Positions 38,506 to 49,757 of a stretch of 64,000 bases of DNA are shown in pieces. The first letter of the stretch is position 1. The number at the start of each line of letters is the position of its first letter. The position numbers and the translations under genes were made by a program. This DNA is from Myxococcales bacterium (GTDB lineage: Bacteria > Myxococcota_A > Polyangia > Polyangiales > DASUME01). The DNA is taken from NCBI GenBank assembly GCA_047601445.1, contig JASGJH010000001.1, positions 7,296,001 through 7,360,000 of the forward strand, read 5' to 3'. The notes below the pieces were generated by a model. That model had not been told where the DNA came from. It did no database searches and saw only the letters and a program-made list of their open reading frames with translations.

Positions 38506-40197
38506 TCAAGGGCTCGTGAGCTCGGGGGCGGCCTCGCGCATGCGGGCGTCTTCCTGCTCCTGAAGGAGCCGCCACTGGATCTTGCCGGAGCCTGTTTTGG
38601 GCAAGCTCTCGACGAACTCCACGCTGCGCGGGACCTTGTAGGCGGCCATCTGTCCGCGGGCCCACTCGATGATGTCCTGTTCGGTGCGACTTCCGCGCTG
38701 CGCCGGTTTGAGGACGATCACGGCCTTCACGGTCTCGCCGCGGCGCGGATGGCGCTGCGCGATGACGGTGGCTTCTTGAATGTCGGGGTGCGCGTAGAGC
38801 TGCGCCTCCACCTCGGCGGGCCAGACTTTGAAGCCCGAGGCGTTGATCATGCGCTTGAGGCGATCGACCAGGAAGAAGAAGCCTTCGTCGTCGGTGCGGG
38901 CCAGATCGCCGGTGCGGAAGAAGCGCTTGCCGTCGAGCTCCACGAAGCACTCGGCATTGGCCTCGGGTCGATTCCAGTAGCCGAGGAACACCTGGGGGCC
39001 GTGCGTGATGATCTCGCCGATTTCGCCCGCTGGCAGCTCGCGCAGCGTCTGCGGATCGACGACCCGTGAGTCGACGCCGAAGATGGGGATGCCGAGGCAT
39101 TGCTTCTTGGGGTGCTGCACGGGATTGATGTGGGTCGCCGCGGCGGTCTCGGAGAGCCCGTAGCCTTCCAGGTAGTTCAGGCCGAACTGTTCCTGCAGCT
39201 TGCTGGCGATGGCCTCGGGCATGGCCGCACCGCCGCCGCCCACTTGGCGCAGGCTCGAGAGATCGAAGCGCGCCACGGCCGGGCTCGACAGCAGGTCCAC
39301 CACCATGGTGGGCACGGAGGTCCAGCCGGTCACCCGGTAGCGCTCGATCAAGGCGGCGGCCACCTCGCGATCCCAGCGCGGCAGGATCACCATGCTGGCA
39401 CCCGAGTAGATGGGCGAGTTCATGCTGTTCTGCATGCCGGTGACGTGGAAGAACGGCAGCACGCTCAGCGTGCACTCCTCGTGGAACGTGCGTTGCCAGT
39501 GCGGACCCGCCATCACCGTGTGCATCACCGTGCGGTGCGAGTGCATGCAGCCCTTGGGATGGCCCGTGGTGCCGGAGGTGTAGGGCAGCACGCAGAGGTC
39601 GTCGGGCCCGGCGCTGTGGGCTCCTGGTGAGACCTTCTGCGAGAGAGCCTCGCTCCAGGGCACCACTCCAGGGCCGCGCAGATCTGCTCGCGGAGCGGAT
39701 ACCAGCTCGGGCACGTTGAGCTCGGAGGGAGCACGCAGGTAGTCCGAGTACGTGACCACGACGGTGTGCTCGAGCGGATCGCCGAGCAAGGGACGCGCTT
39801 GCTCGAACAGCTCCTGGGCAGCGATGAGCACGCGTGCGCCGCTGTCGGCGAGCAGGTAGCGGAGCTCGGCGGTGAGGTTCATGGGGTTCATCGGGACCAC
39901 CACGGCGTCCGCGCGCAGGATGGCGTAGTAGGCCACCACGAACTGGGGGCTGTTTTGCAGCCACAGACCCACGCGGTCTCCGCGCTTTACGCCGCACGCC
40001 TGCTGCAAGTAGCCCGCGAGGTGCTCGGCGTCGCGCTTGAGCTCAGCGTAACTGAGCGTGCTGTCGTAGAAGATGATGGCGGGCTTGTTCGGGTAGCGCG
40101 TAGCGGAGACTTCGAGGTTGAACCAGACCGAGGTCTCGGGGAGCGTGAGCTTGGGCGAGACCTTCGGGGGCCACGACGTGAGATGGCGATCACTCAT
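38506..40197 (-). CDS. Long-chain fatty acid-CoA ligase
   Basis: YTSGTTGHPKG, EGYGLSE, FRTGD, DRLKRMINASG, LPKTGSGKI; GGAGGAG RBS. Confidence 0.93.
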   Translation of the reverse strand: MSDRHLTSWPPKVSPKLTLPETSVWFNLEVSATRYPNKPAIIFYDSTLSYAELKRDAEHLAGYLQQACGVKRGDRVGLWLQNSPQFVVAYYAILRADAVVVPMNPMNLTAELRYLLADSGARVLIAAQELFEQARPLLGDPLEHTVVVTYSDYLRAPSELNVPELVSAPRADLRGPGVVPWSEALSQKVSPGAHSAGPDDLCVLPYTSGTTGHPKGCMHSHRTVMHTVMAGPHWQRTFHEECTLSVLPFFHVTGMQNSMNSPIYSGASMVILPRWDREVAAALIERYRVTGWTSVPTMVVDLLSSPAVARFDLSSLRQVGGGGAAMPEAIASKLQEQFGLNYLEGYGLSETAAATHINPVQHPKKQCLGIPIFGVDSRVVDPQTLRELPAGEIGEIITHGPQVFLGYWNRPEANAECFVELDGKRFFRTGDLARTDDEGFFFLVDRLKRMINASGFKVWPAEVEAQLYAHPDIQEATVIAQRHPRRGETVKAVIVLKPAQRGSRTEQDIIEWARGQMAAYKVPRSVEFVESLPKTGSGKIQWRLLQEQEDARMREAAPELTSP

Positions 40198-40290
40198 GAA
40201 AGCTCCTCCGGGGCGCCAGTAAATCACAGCTCGCCCGCGCGTGCTGGATTACTTCGAGGCGCTGCCCTGGGAGCTCACGGGCCCGGCGGT

Positions 40291-42018
40291 CTACTCCTCG
40301 TGGCGCTGTGTGAAGTGGGGGGCGTCGACCAGAGCGAGCATGAAGTCGAGGATGCTCTGCTCGCCTTTGCCCAGGCGCTCGCGCGCGTTTTCCACCAGGC
40401 AACTGGTGTCGTGCCGGTCGAGCCCGAAGGCGAAGCTGGCGAAGTAGGACCCCAGGCAGGCGCCGGCTACCTCGTTGTTCGCGACCTGGTCGGCCAGTTC
40501 GGTCGGCCCCTGGAACGCGACGTCCGAGACGCCCTTGGAGGTGGCGACCAGCATGCCCGTGTCGTCGATGGAGAAGCCGTTTTCGCTGGTCCGATAGCGA
40601 CCGGTGGCGTCGAGGTGCTCGAAGCCGAAGCCCACGGGATCCATCAGGCGATGACAGCTCGCGCAGCTGGCGTTGGCCGCGTGCAACGTCTCGTAGCGTT
40701 GGCGTGTGGTCTCGGCGCCCGTGCCATCGGGGATCTTGCCCACGGTGGGCGGGGGCGGCGGCACGTCGAAGCACAGGATGCGCTCGCGCACCATGTGTCC
40801 GCGTTGGGTGGGCGAGGTGTCGCGATTGGTGGCGCGCAGGGAGAGCAGCGCTCCTTGGGCCAGTAGGCCCACGCCCCAGTCGCTCGGGCGCTGCGTGAGC
40901 GTGAAGCCGGTCTGGTCGCTCGCGCCGTAGCCGTAGAAGCTGGCCAGGGTGGGATCGAGCATGGTGTAGGGTGCGGTCAGCAGCTCGTTCATGTCGCCGC
41001 GTGCGTCGAACACCACGTGCTCCACGAAGGCTTGCAGCTCCGCGGCCATGGAGCCGCGCACGGCATCGCTCCAGTCGGGAAACAGACTCGCGTCCTTCTG
41101 GCGATTGGCGAGCGCGCTGAGGCCGAGCCACTGACCCACGAAGCGCGCGAATTGCTCGCGAAAAGCAGGGTTGGGAGCACCGCTCGAGTCCAGCGCCAAC
41201 TGCTTGGCCGCGGCACGCAGGCCTTCGGCGTCAGCGAGCTCGCCGCGTTCGGCCTGGGCCAGCAGGGCCTCGCTGGGCGGCGCTCCGGTGAACGTGTATG
41301 CCAGCGCGGTGGCGCGCTCGTAGGCATTGAGTTGGAAGTCTCCGCTCGCGTCGGCCTCGCCGAGCTCGGAGCGATACACGGCGTGGGGCGACGCGACGAG
41401 CGAGGTGGTGGCCCACTTGACCCATTGCGTGAAGCTGCCCCCTGCGTCGCCCACCTGCGCGAGCAGGTCGAGGTAGCGAGCGCGTTCGTCCTGGGCGAGC
41501 GGGCGACGGTAGAGGCGCTTGCCCACGCGGTCGAGGAATTGATTCGCACAGGCGGCTCCACCGGTAGCGCCGCACGACACCAGCTTGTCGAGATGCTCTG
41601 CGGTGCTCACCAGGTCGCCCACCTGCTCGGCGCTCTCGAGCAGGCGCTCGGCAAAGCTGTCGCCGACGGCGAGCTGATCGACCTGGTTGGTGAAGCCGTT
41701 CTGAGCGGCGGCGTCGGGCGGCAACGTCGAGCCGGGCCAGGCCTGGAGGTCGAGCGAGAAAACCGCGCGCACGGTGCTCTCGAACTCCGGCTTGGTGAGC
41801 CGACGCAGCAGGCGCGGCCCAGGCTTGTCGGCGCTGTCTTCATCGCTGCAGAGGGCCGCCCGTGAGCCGTTGACCACCGCGTTGTCGCCACTGTTGGTGC
41901 CCCCGCTGCCGGGCAAGTTGCCGGTCGAGGGGCCAAGGGGGCTGTCGAGGCTGACGGTGCAGCCCGTGAGCACCAGCGCACCGATTCCACCGCCGATTAC
42001 GCCAAGAAGGGTCCTCAT
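40291..42018 (-). CDS. DUF1592/DUF1588/DUF1595/DUF1587-domain lipoprotein
   Basis: LRRLT, RLYRRPL, TSPTQRG, CASCH..MDPVGFGFEHLDATG. Confidence 0.88.
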   Translation of the reverse strand: MRTLLGVIGGGIGALVLTGCTVSLDSPLGPSTGNLPGSGGTNSGDNAVVNGSRAALCSDEDSADKPGPRLLRRLTKPEFESTVRAVFSLDLQAWPGSTLPPDAAAQNGFTNQVDQLAVGDSFAERLLESAEQVGDLVSTAEHLDKLVSCGATGGAACANQFLDRVGKRLYRRPLAQDERARYLDLLAQVGDAGGSFTQWVKWATTSLVASPHAVYRSELGEADASGDFQLNAYERATALAYTFTGAPPSEALLAQAERGELADAEGLRAAAKQLALDSSGAPNPAFREQFARFVGQWLGLSALANRQKDASLFPDWSDAVRGSMAAELQAFVEHVVFDARGDMNELLTAPYTMLDPTLASFYGYGASDQTGFTLTQRPSDWGVGLLAQGALLSLRATNRDTSPTQRGHMVRERILCFDVPPPPPTVGKIPDGTGAETTRQRYETLHAANASCASCHRLMDPVGFGFEHLDATGRYRTSENGFSIDDTGMLVATSKGVSDVAFQGPTELADQVANNEVAGACLGSYFASFAFGLDRHDTSCLVENARERLGKGEQSILDFMLALVDAPHFTQRHEE

Positions 42019-43343
42019 GTCACCAGCTCCGAAAGGGTGTCGCTGCCGAAATGGGCCGAGTCCGTGTCAGCCACGCCGAAAATCCGCGCGAGCGTCTTGA
42101 GCAAGTGCTTGTTGGTGGCTCCCTGCACGTCCACCATCTGACCGCTCTTGAGGCGCCCACCAGCGTTGCCGATCAGCATGCACGGCACGCCGGCGCTCCC
42201 GTGACTCTGGGGCAGACATTCGCTGAGCCACACGATGCAAGTGTTGTAGAGGACAGTCTTGCCGCTCGGGTCGAGCGGATCGGGGACGTCGAGGGATTTG
42301 AGTAGGCGTGCGAGCTTGCCGGCGTACCACGCCTGGCAGCGCGCGAAGGTGGCCTGATCACCGTGCGAGGTGTTGTGGTGCGGATAGCCCGTGTCGATGG
42401 GGACGATGACGTTGCCGTCGGCCGAGCCCGCTTGCAGCGTCGCGACGCGCGTCAGTCCGCAGGCGAGGGCGCGCGCCATGATGTCGATCTGGGCGTCGAA
42501 GATGTCGGAGAACAGCGCATCCTGATAGGCGGCGGCGTCGTTGGTGGCGAGGCTCGCGCGCAGCTTCTCCACGCTCGGGAGCTTGCTCGCATCGCAGCTC
42601 ACCGGCATCAGCGGAGCCGCGCTGCTGCCGTCGCGCACGAGCTTCTGGAGGGCTGCCGCGTGAGTGTCCACGCGGGCCTTCTCCAGCGGGCTCTTGCCCA
42701 GCCGATCCGCGAGGGACTTGAGCTCCGCCGCGTGCAATCCGAGCACCGCGTTGCGCAGGTCGCTGTCCGAAGGGCCCTTGCTCTGCGGAGCGGTGGTGGG
42801 CGTGGTGGTGAGCTTGCCGAAGACGCGGTCGAAGGCCTTCACCGGGTTCGCTTCGTAGTCGACGGCGCCGGGCGAGAAGAACAACGTGGAGCGGCCGTAC
42901 AGCTTGTAGAACTCGATGGAGTCGGCAGGGCGAGCGCCGAGGTGAAGCGAAGCGACCGAACTGGGAGCGCTGCTCTGCAGGTGATCGCGCACGAGTTGGT
43001 CGAGGCTCTTCACGCCGGGATCGGGGGAGCTGTAGTCGGCGATGGGCGCGCCCGTGAAGATGCTGCGGATCGCCATGTGATTCTCGGAGCCCGCGATGTC
43101 GAGCCCCTTCACGAAGCTGATCTGCTGCTGGTAGGCCTTGAGCGGCTCGGTCACCACGCTCAGCGCCGACAGGTTGCCTGCGTTGGGCCAGAAGTACTCG
43201 GGCTGCGCGCCGTTCATGGAGGGCCAGAGCACGAGGCGCAGGGGCGCGCCCGTGCTCTCGGCGCGCACGCTGGGGAAGCCCCGGAGCTGTGAAGCCGCCA
43301 ACGCTGCGCCCAAGGAGAAGAGAAACTCTCTGCGACTGCCCAC
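42015..43343 (-). CDS. DUF1552-domain protein with Tat signal
   Basis: SRREFL, SLDQ, NPVKAFDRVF, ALACGLTRVATL, HNTSH; typical partner of DUF1592 proteins. Confidence 0.88.
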   Translation of the reverse strand: MGSRREFLFSLGAALAASQLRGFPSVRAESTGAPLRLVLWPSMNGAQPEYFWPNAGNLSALSVVTEPLKAYQQQISFVKGLDIAGSENHMAIRSIFTGAPIADYSSPDPGVKSLDQLVRDHLQSSAPSSVASLHLGARPADSIEFYKLYGRSTLFFSPGAVDYEANPVKAFDRVFGKLTTTPTTAPQSKGPSDSDLRNAVLGLHAAELKSLADRLGKSPLEKARVDTHAAALQKLVRDGSSAAPLMPVSCDASKLPSVEKLRASLATNDAAAYQDALFSDIFDAQIDIMARALACGLTRVATLQAGSADGNVIVPIDTGYPHHNTSHGDQATFARCQAWYAGKLARLLKSLDVPDPLDPSGKTVLYNTCIVWLSECLPQSHGSAGVPCMLIGNAGGRLKSGQMVDVQGATNKHLLKTLARIFGVADTDSAHFGSDTLSELVT

Positions 43344-43525
43344 GTCTCACCTCCGCAGCGCGTCATGCGCCGAACGCTGAGATGGAGGGGGCCGGCCGTG
43401 GTGGCGGGTCAAAGAAAGTTCAGGGGATGGTTTTCGCTTTTTGCTTTTCGCCGCTTGGGTCAGGGGCACACCGTCGGCGGTTAGCCTGGCGGTGAGCGCC
43501 CTCACCGAGCGCGCCGGGCGCTGTA

Positions 43526-44536
43526 CTAGCCCGGCGTGGGGACGGTGCCCTGGGTGCGTTGCTCCAGCGCACGCACCAGGAAGCGATCGAGCAGCTCGAG
43601 GTCGCGGGCGAGGGCGTTGAGGCGGGTCTCGAGCGCATCGTACATGCGCTCACGCAGGTCGATGGTGGTCTGGTCGTAGAGGCCCCCAGAGCCGAACAGC
43701 ATGGCCTCCGCGGCTTGCCGATCTGCGGCGGGAAGCGTGGACTCGATGAGGTGCTGCCACTCCTTCACGAGCAGTTGGCGCGGCGAGGGGCGGCCATCGG
43801 CGCCGTCGAGCGTGAGGAGTCGGAACACGAAGGCCGGGTAGAGCTGATCGTCGTCCACACCGCGCACGATGGGAGAGAGCAAGTTGTGGTCGTGCCGATA
43901 AGACGTGAGCTGGGGGCGCGGAACGAAGGCCGCGACGCCGATTCCGGCCGCCGCGATGCCGCCTGTCAGTCCGGTGATGGCCGGTCCGTTCGAGTTCCCA
44001 TTGACCAGATCCCAGGCCCCCGCGGCCGTGGCAGACGCTGCGCCCAACACCAGTGAGACCAGGGCCAGCCGCACCTCGCGGTTCTCCTCGCGTTGCGTCA
44101 GCTCGAGGGAGATGGTCTCGATCATCTCGCCCGTGCACTCGGCTTCGAAGATCATGGCGCTGAGCTGGGTCTCCAGGGAGACCACGCGCATGTTGAGATC
44201 CTGACGGACTTCGAGGCGCTCGAGCCGCGCAGCGTCGCCTGCCTGAGCGAGGCGCAACGCGTCCGCCACCAGCCCCTCGATCCCGGCCGCCTTGGCGGTG
44301 CGACGTGCCTCGGGCGGCACCGCGCTCAGGATGGGATCCGGCGGGCCATTCTCGCTCGGCGGCTGGTAGGGGCTCTCCTTGCCCAAGAAGGCGCGCACGC
44401 ACTCCGCGCCGCGACCTTGCCAACGCTCTTCGTCGGCCTTGCGCTTGGCGGCGTTCAGGCCGGCGCAGCTGCTCGTGAGCGAGGCGCAGAAGCCGAGGCC
44501 GAGAATCCAGGACAAGCGCTGGGTGCTGGCACGCAT
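43526..44536 (-). CDS. Hypothetical lipoprotein with a hydrophobic hairpin
   Basis: Signal ending in TSSC, helical body, two Gly/Ala-rich hydrophobic segments. Confidence 0.7.
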   Translation of the reverse strand: MRASTQRLSWILGLGFCASLTSSCAGLNAAKRKADEERWQGRGAECVRAFLGKESPYQPPSENGPPDPILSAVPPEARRTAKAAGIEGLVADALRLAQAGDAARLERLEVRQDLNMRVVSLETQLSAMIFEAECTGEMIETISLELTQREENREVRLALVSLVLGAASATAAGAWDLVNGNSNGPAITGLTGGIAAAGIGVAAFVPRPQLTSYRHDHNLLSPIVRGVDDDQLYPAFVFRLLTLDGADGRPSPRQLLVKEWQHLIESTLPAADRQAAEAMLFGSGGLYDQTTIDLRERMYDALETRLNALARDLELLDRFLVRALEQRTQGTVPTPG

Positions 44537-44594
44537 CGCGGGGAACTTACTCTGGACGGTGGAGTCGTGCTCGTGTGCGTGGCCGGCCAAGGGG

Positions 44595-46869
44595 TCACGC
44601 CCCGCTCCCCGGCAACCCCGCAATCTCCCGCAAAAGGAGCTCCATATCTGCCGGCTTCACCAGATGGCGGGCGAAGCCGGCTTCCAGGCTGCGTCGCATG
44701 TCGCGCTCTTGCGCGTAACCCGAGAGCGCCAGCAGGTGCGTCCTCGGCCCCAGTTTGACGCGCAATTCTCGCGCAAGTTGGTAACCGTCCATCACGGGCA
44801 AGCCGATGTCGAGGATGGCGATCTCGGGCCAGAATCCCTCTACCAGCGAGAGCGCCTCGGCCGGGTCATGGGCCACCTCTACCTGATGTCCCAGACGCTT
44901 CAGGGCCCGCGAGAGGAGCCCGGCGGCGTCGTGGTTGTCGTCCACGATCAAGAATCTTGCGTCCTGCGCCGTGCGAGATGCGCGCGGACTCTTCCTGAAC
45001 CGTCGGTGCCGCAGCTTGCACTGTCACCTGTGTGACCCGAGGGAGTCGCAGCACGAACTCGCTGCCTTGGTCGAGCCCCGCGCTCCGCGCTTGCACGCTG
45101 CCGCCATGCAGCGCTGTCAGGCTCGCCACCAGGCCGAGGCCGAGGCCGAGCCCTCCCTCGGCGCGGTCCGGTCCACGTGGTCCCTGCACGAAGACATCGA
45201 AGATGCGCGGCAAGAGCTCCGCCGCGATGCCCACGCCGTTGTCCCGCACGCACAGCACCACGTCGTCCTCTTCGCAGCCCGCGCCGATGAACACCCGGCC
45301 GCCCAGCGGCGTGTAGCGCGCGGCGTTGGTGAGCAGATTGGTGACCACCTGGATCAACCGGATCTCGTCGGCCTCCACCACCAGGTCCTGCGTCGGCACC
45401 TCCACCGTGAGCACATGTCGCTTCTGTTCGATCAGCGAGCTCGTGATCTCGATGGCCTTGGCCACCACGCCCGCGATGGAGAGCGGTCGCTTGCGCAGCT
45501 CGATTTTGCCCTGGGCGACCCGGGACACGTCGAGCAGATCGTCCACCAGGCGTACCAGGTGTCCGGCCTGGCGCTCGATGGCTTCGCGCTCACGCGTGGA
45601 CGGCACGTCCCCGTGCAGCTTCATCAGCTGGACCGCGGTGAGGATCGGGGCGAGCGGATTGCGCAGCTCGTGCGAGAGCACCGCCAAGAACTCGTCCTTG
45701 CGCCGCGCGGCCTCGCGCATGCTCTCTTCGGCCCGCTTGCGGTCGTCGATGTCGGTGGCCGCGGCCACCCAGCACTTGAGCTCGTCGGCCTCTTCGACGA
45801 TGGGCATCACGCGCCCAAGATGCCAGCGATACTGGCCGTCGTGTCGACGCAGGCGGTATTCGATCTCGATCACCCGGCGGCTCTCGATGCCTGCGCGCCA
45901 ACGCTCGAACACTTGCGCGCGGTCCTCAGGGTGCACGATCTCGAGCAGCGCCTCCGGAGCGAGCAGACCCACGCCGGTGTACTCGCTCCAGCGCTCGTTC
46001 ATCCAGTCGGCCGTGCCGTTCGGCGCGCACGTCCAGACGATCTGCGGCATGGCATTGGCGAGTTCGCGGTAGCGCGCTTCGCTCGCTGACACCGCGCGGG
46101 CCAGCTCGCGTTCGGCCGTGATGTCGCGCACCGTGCCCACGAGATAGGCCGCCCGTCCTTGTGGGCGACTCATCACGCCGCAGTCCTTGATCCAGCGCAG
46201 CTGACCGTCCGGGCGAATGATGCGAAACTCCACGTCCATCGGGACCTCGGTCTCGATGGTGCGTCGGACTTGGCTCCACAGCCGCTCGCGGTCCTCCGGA
46301 TGCACCAGGCGGGCGAAGTCTTCCACCACCACCGGGCGCTCGAAGGGTTCCACGCCGAGCACGGCGTAGGTCTCGGGGGACCAGTACACGGCATCGGTCT
46401 CGAGGTCGTGCTCCCAGATTCCGGTGTGCCCGGCTCGCAGCGCCAGGCTCAGGCGCTCCTGGGCTGCGCGCACCATGTCCTCGTGCCTTCGCTGCTGCGT
46501 GATGTCGCAGCCCGTCTCGAGCACCAGCTGACCGCCATCCGGCGCGCTGATCCGGGTCATGCGCGTGTCCACGAGCAGGGTCTGCTCCGCGCGACCTCGC
46601 AGCGAGAGCTCTCCACGCCAGCGTCCCTCGGTCGCGAGCGCCGTCGCGATGGCCTCTTCGCAGTCCGCTCGCAGTGTGCCCAACAAGCGGCGTGGATCGC
46701 AGCCGAGCGCTTCGGCCCGCGGAATGCCGTACAACTGCGCGGCAGCGTCGCTCCACAACACGATCTCGCGCCGAGCGCCGTCGCGCCACACGAACTTGGG
46801 TTCGATTCCATGATCGAACATGAGCTCGGCCAGCATGGCCCGTGTGTTCGCCGGCGCCTCCTGTGTCAC
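44595..46869 (-). CDS. Multi-PAS hybrid histidine kinase; receiver domain separated by a +1 frameshift near 44951
   Basis: Three PAS/PAC, SHELRNPL, NLLTNAARY, GLGLGL; receiver IVDDN..LDIGLPVMDG..HLVKP in the next frame. Confidence 0.9.
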
Positions 46870-47003
46870 CCAAGTCCCCCGGTGTCGCTTCGATGGCGTA
46901 AGAGGGGCAATTGCAGCACGTGTTGAGAGTCAGGCAACTCCGTGTTTTGCACGACAAGGATCTCGGCTTGACGAAGCCCGGTTCATGCATCTGGCTTGGG
47001 CCC

Positions 47004-48041
47004 ATGGGGCGTCGAGTCATCTACACGAAGTACGGGGATCCCGAGGTGTTGCGGGTCGAAGCGCAGGGGCGCCCGCGTCCGGGGCCAGGAGAGGTGCTGA
47101 TCGACGTGGCCTTTGCCGGGGTGAACTACGCGGACGTGATCGCTCGGCGCGGCTTCTACAAGTGGGCGCCGCCCTTTCCCACCTGTGTGGGCTTCGAGCT
47201 GTCCGGGGTCGTCGCCGCGTTGGGCGAGGGCGTCACCTCCCATCGCCTGGGCGATCGCGTGGTCGCGGTCACGCGCTTCGGGGGCTACGCGGATGCCGTA
47301 GTGGTGGAGGCACAGCGCGCCTGGCCGTTGCCCGAGGAGCTCACGCTCGCCGAGGGCGCCGCGATCCCAGCGGTGACCATCACGGCGTGGCACGCGCTGG
47401 TCAACGTGTTGCGTGTGAGGTCGGGGGAGTCGCTGTTGATCCAGGCCGTGGCGGGCGGCGTCGGGCTCGCGGCCCTGCAGATCGCCAAGCACTTCGGGGT
47501 ATTCACGTACGGCACCGCCAGCTCGCCCGAGAAGCTCGCCTTCGCGCGAGCGCGTGGGCTCGACCATGGCATCGACTACACCCGTGTAGATTTCGAGCAC
47601 GAAATCGGCCGCCTCACGCAGGGGCAGGGCATCGATCACGTGCTCGACTCGCTGGGCGGGGAAGCGCTGCGCAAGGGTTATCGCGCGCTCAAGCCGGGCG
47701 GTCACGCCGTGACCATCGGTGCCGCGCAGGTCGCGCCCGCGGAGCGCACACCATGGCAGGTGCTCAAGGCAGGGGCCGAGCTCGTGCGTGGCGGCGTGTT
47801 CCATCCCTTCCAGCTGATCGAGGACAACAAGAGCATCGCCGGGGTGCAGGTGCTCCTGTTGTGGAACGACGTTCCGCTGATGCAGGCGGCGATGCGCGAG
47901 ATCCTGCAGCTGGCGCGGGCCTCCGTGATCAAGCCTCACGTGGACCGCATCGTGCCCCTGGAGCGCGCGGCCGAGGCCCATGTGTTGCTCGAGTCGCGCA
48001 AGACACGCGGCAAGCTGCTTTTGGCCTGCGCGGGCGCCTAG
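47004..48041 (+). CDS. NADPH:quinone oxidoreductase-like medium-chain reductase (VAT-1-like)
   Basis: GVNYAD, GFELSG, FGGYA, AVAGGVG, ESRKTRGKLLL. Confidence 0.9.
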   Translation: MGRRVIYTKYGDPEVLRVEAQGRPRPGPGEVLIDVAFAGVNYADVIARRGFYKWAPPFPTCVGFELSGVVAALGEGVTSHRLGDRVVAVTRFGGYADAVVVEAQRAWPLPEELTLAEGAAIPAVTITAWHALVNVLRVRSGESLLIQAVAGGVGLAALQIAKHFGVFTYGTASSPEKLAFARARGLDHGIDYTRVDFEHEIGRLTQGQGIDHVLDSLGGEALRKGYRALKPGGHAVTIGAAQVAPAERTPWQVLKAGAELVRGGVFHPFQLIEDNKSIAGVQVLLLWNDVPLMQAAMREILQLARASVIKPHVDRIVPLERAAEAHVLLESRKTRGKLLLACAGA

Positions 48042-48090
48042 ACTCGTGGGGGCTAGGCAGGGCCGCGTCGGCGCGGGTACCCTTGGGGTA

Positions 48091-48660
48091 ATGCTCGCTC
48101 GCTCCGTTTCTGGATGGTCTCGCTCGGGTGCCCTCACCCACTTCTTTGCGCTATTTCTCTCGCTGGCGAACTCGCACTGCCAGGACGATCACAGTCCGGA
48201 TCGCTGCGCCAACGGCACCTGCATCTGCGATGCGCGCGAAGATTGCCAGTTCGCCTGCGAGGCCCCGCCCTGCCACGTCGCGTGCGGAGCCGACTCGACT
48301 TGCTCCGGTGCATGCGCCAACGGGGAGTGCACCTGTGGTGAGCGCGCGAGCTGCGGCTTCGTCTGCGACGCGCCGCCCTGTCACGTGACGTGCGACGGGA
48401 GCAACCCAGCCTGCAGCGGTGAATGCGCGAACGGGACCTGCGACTGCCGGCCCGGTTCGAGCTGCGAGTTCACCTGTCTCAGCGGTCCCTGTCACACCTT
48501 GTGTGGCGCGGGCTCGAGCTGCGTCGTGCACTGTCCGAACGCACCTGCGGGGAGCCAGGACTGCGACATCGCGCGCTGTGAGTCCGGTTCCATCACGCTA
48601 TGTCCCGATGGCAAGTCCACCACCTGCAATGCCAGCTGCCCAGTCGGAGACGCGGGGTGA
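48091..48660 (+). CDS. Secreted Cys-rich repeat protein
   Basis: Signal-like N-terminus; three repeats of about 36 aa, CANGxCxC..C.F.C..(P/G)PCH..C. Confidence 0.75.
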   Translation: MLARSVSGWSRSGALTHFFALFLSLANSHCQDDHSPDRCANGTCICDAREDCQFACEAPPCHVACGADSTCSGACANGECTCGERASCGFVCDAPPCHVTCDGSNPACSGECANGTCDCRPGSSCEFTCLSGPCHTLCGAGSSCVVHCPNAPAGSQDCDIARCESGSITLCPDGKSTTCNASCPVGDAG

Positions 48661-48731
48661 AATCACGCGTGGGTTCGCTGCATCACCCGCGAGTGCGCGT
48701 CACAAGCCACGCCCTCCACGCTCTTCCGCCC

Positions 48732-49043
48732 ATGGCTCACGAACCGCGCTGGCTGCGCTGGACGCACAAGGACCCGAACACCCCGCCGCGAGACCTCACC
48801 GAGGATCAGTTCATCTGGGAGGTGCTGCAGCTCGCCGAACAAGCCTTCGCTTCGCTGCCGCCCGAGCCGATGCTCGTGGAGGGGCTCGATGCACCCGGGG
48901 CCGGCGTGCAGTGGCGAGCCTACGTCGACGGGCCGCGCGAGCTCCTGGGGGTTGCGCGCCAGCTCGCGGTAGAGCGTTGCTTGCGGCGCGAGAGCACCTG
49001 GGGTGGCTCGGAGGCGAGCGTCGCCGAGAAGCAGCGCCCATGA
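48732..49043 (+). CDS. Hypothetical protein
   Basis: 103 aa; ATGA overlap with the downstream sigma factor. Confidence 0.5.
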   Translation: MAHEPRWLRWTHKDPNTPPRDLTEDQFIWEVLQLAEQAFASLPPEPMLVEGLDAPGAGVQWRAYVDGPRELLGVARQLAVERCLRRESTWGGSEASVAEKQRP

Positions 49044-49660
49044 CCGAACCCAAGCTCGCCGTGGAGGAGGCCATCCGAGCAGCCTGGGACGCGCGGGAAT
49101 ATCAGCAGGCGGCCACCTTGGCGCTCGAAGCATATGGAGCGGAAATTTATTCGTTCGTGCATGCCCGGCTGCGCTCCGGGGCGGATGCCGACGATGCGTT
49201 CTCCATCTTCGCCGAAGACCTCTGGAAGGGATTGCCGGGCTTCGAGTACCGTTCCAGCATGCGTGGCTGGCTCTACGCACTGGCCCGCAACGCCGCCAAT
49301 CGCCATGCGACCTCGCCCCAGCGTCGCGCCGAGCGCAACATTCCACTCTCCTTCGACAGTGCCGTGTCGGCCCTGGCTGTGCGTTCGCGTACGGAGACCC
49401 AGCTGCACCACCAGGGGGACGCCAAGGACAAGATCCGCGCACTGCGGAAGCGCCTGCCCATCGACGACCAGACCCTGCTGATCCTGTTCGTGGATCGCAG
49501 CCTGCCCTGGCGTGAGATCGCTCAAGTCATGCACGATCAGGACACGCCGCTTGACCCGGCCGAGCTCACGCGCGAGGCGGCTCGCCTGCGAAAGCGCTTC
49601 GAACGGGTCAAAGCGGAGCTCAAGGCCATGGCGCTCGCTGAAGGACTACTCAAGCGTTAG
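49040..49660 (+). CDS. ECF-type sigma-70 factor
   Basis: YGAEIYSF, DADDAFS, WLYALARN, LPWREIA, RLRKRFERVK. Confidence 0.85.
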   Translation: MTEPKLAVEEAIRAAWDAREYQQAATLALEAYGAEIYSFVHARLRSGADADDAFSIFAEDLWKGLPGFEYRSSMRGWLYALARNAANRHATSPQRRAERNIPLSFDSAVSALAVRSRTETQLHHQGDAKDKIRALRKRLPIDDQTLLILFVDRSLPWREIAQVMHDQDTPLDPAELTREAARLRKRFERVKAELKAMALAEGLLKR

Positions 49661-49757
49661 GGGCTGTCCTTGGGTGGCGACTCGGAGGATTCGCGGGACC
49701 TGACGATTTTGCTGTCACAACCCCGCAGCCTTCCACTCCTTCAGGAGGGAGGCTTCG

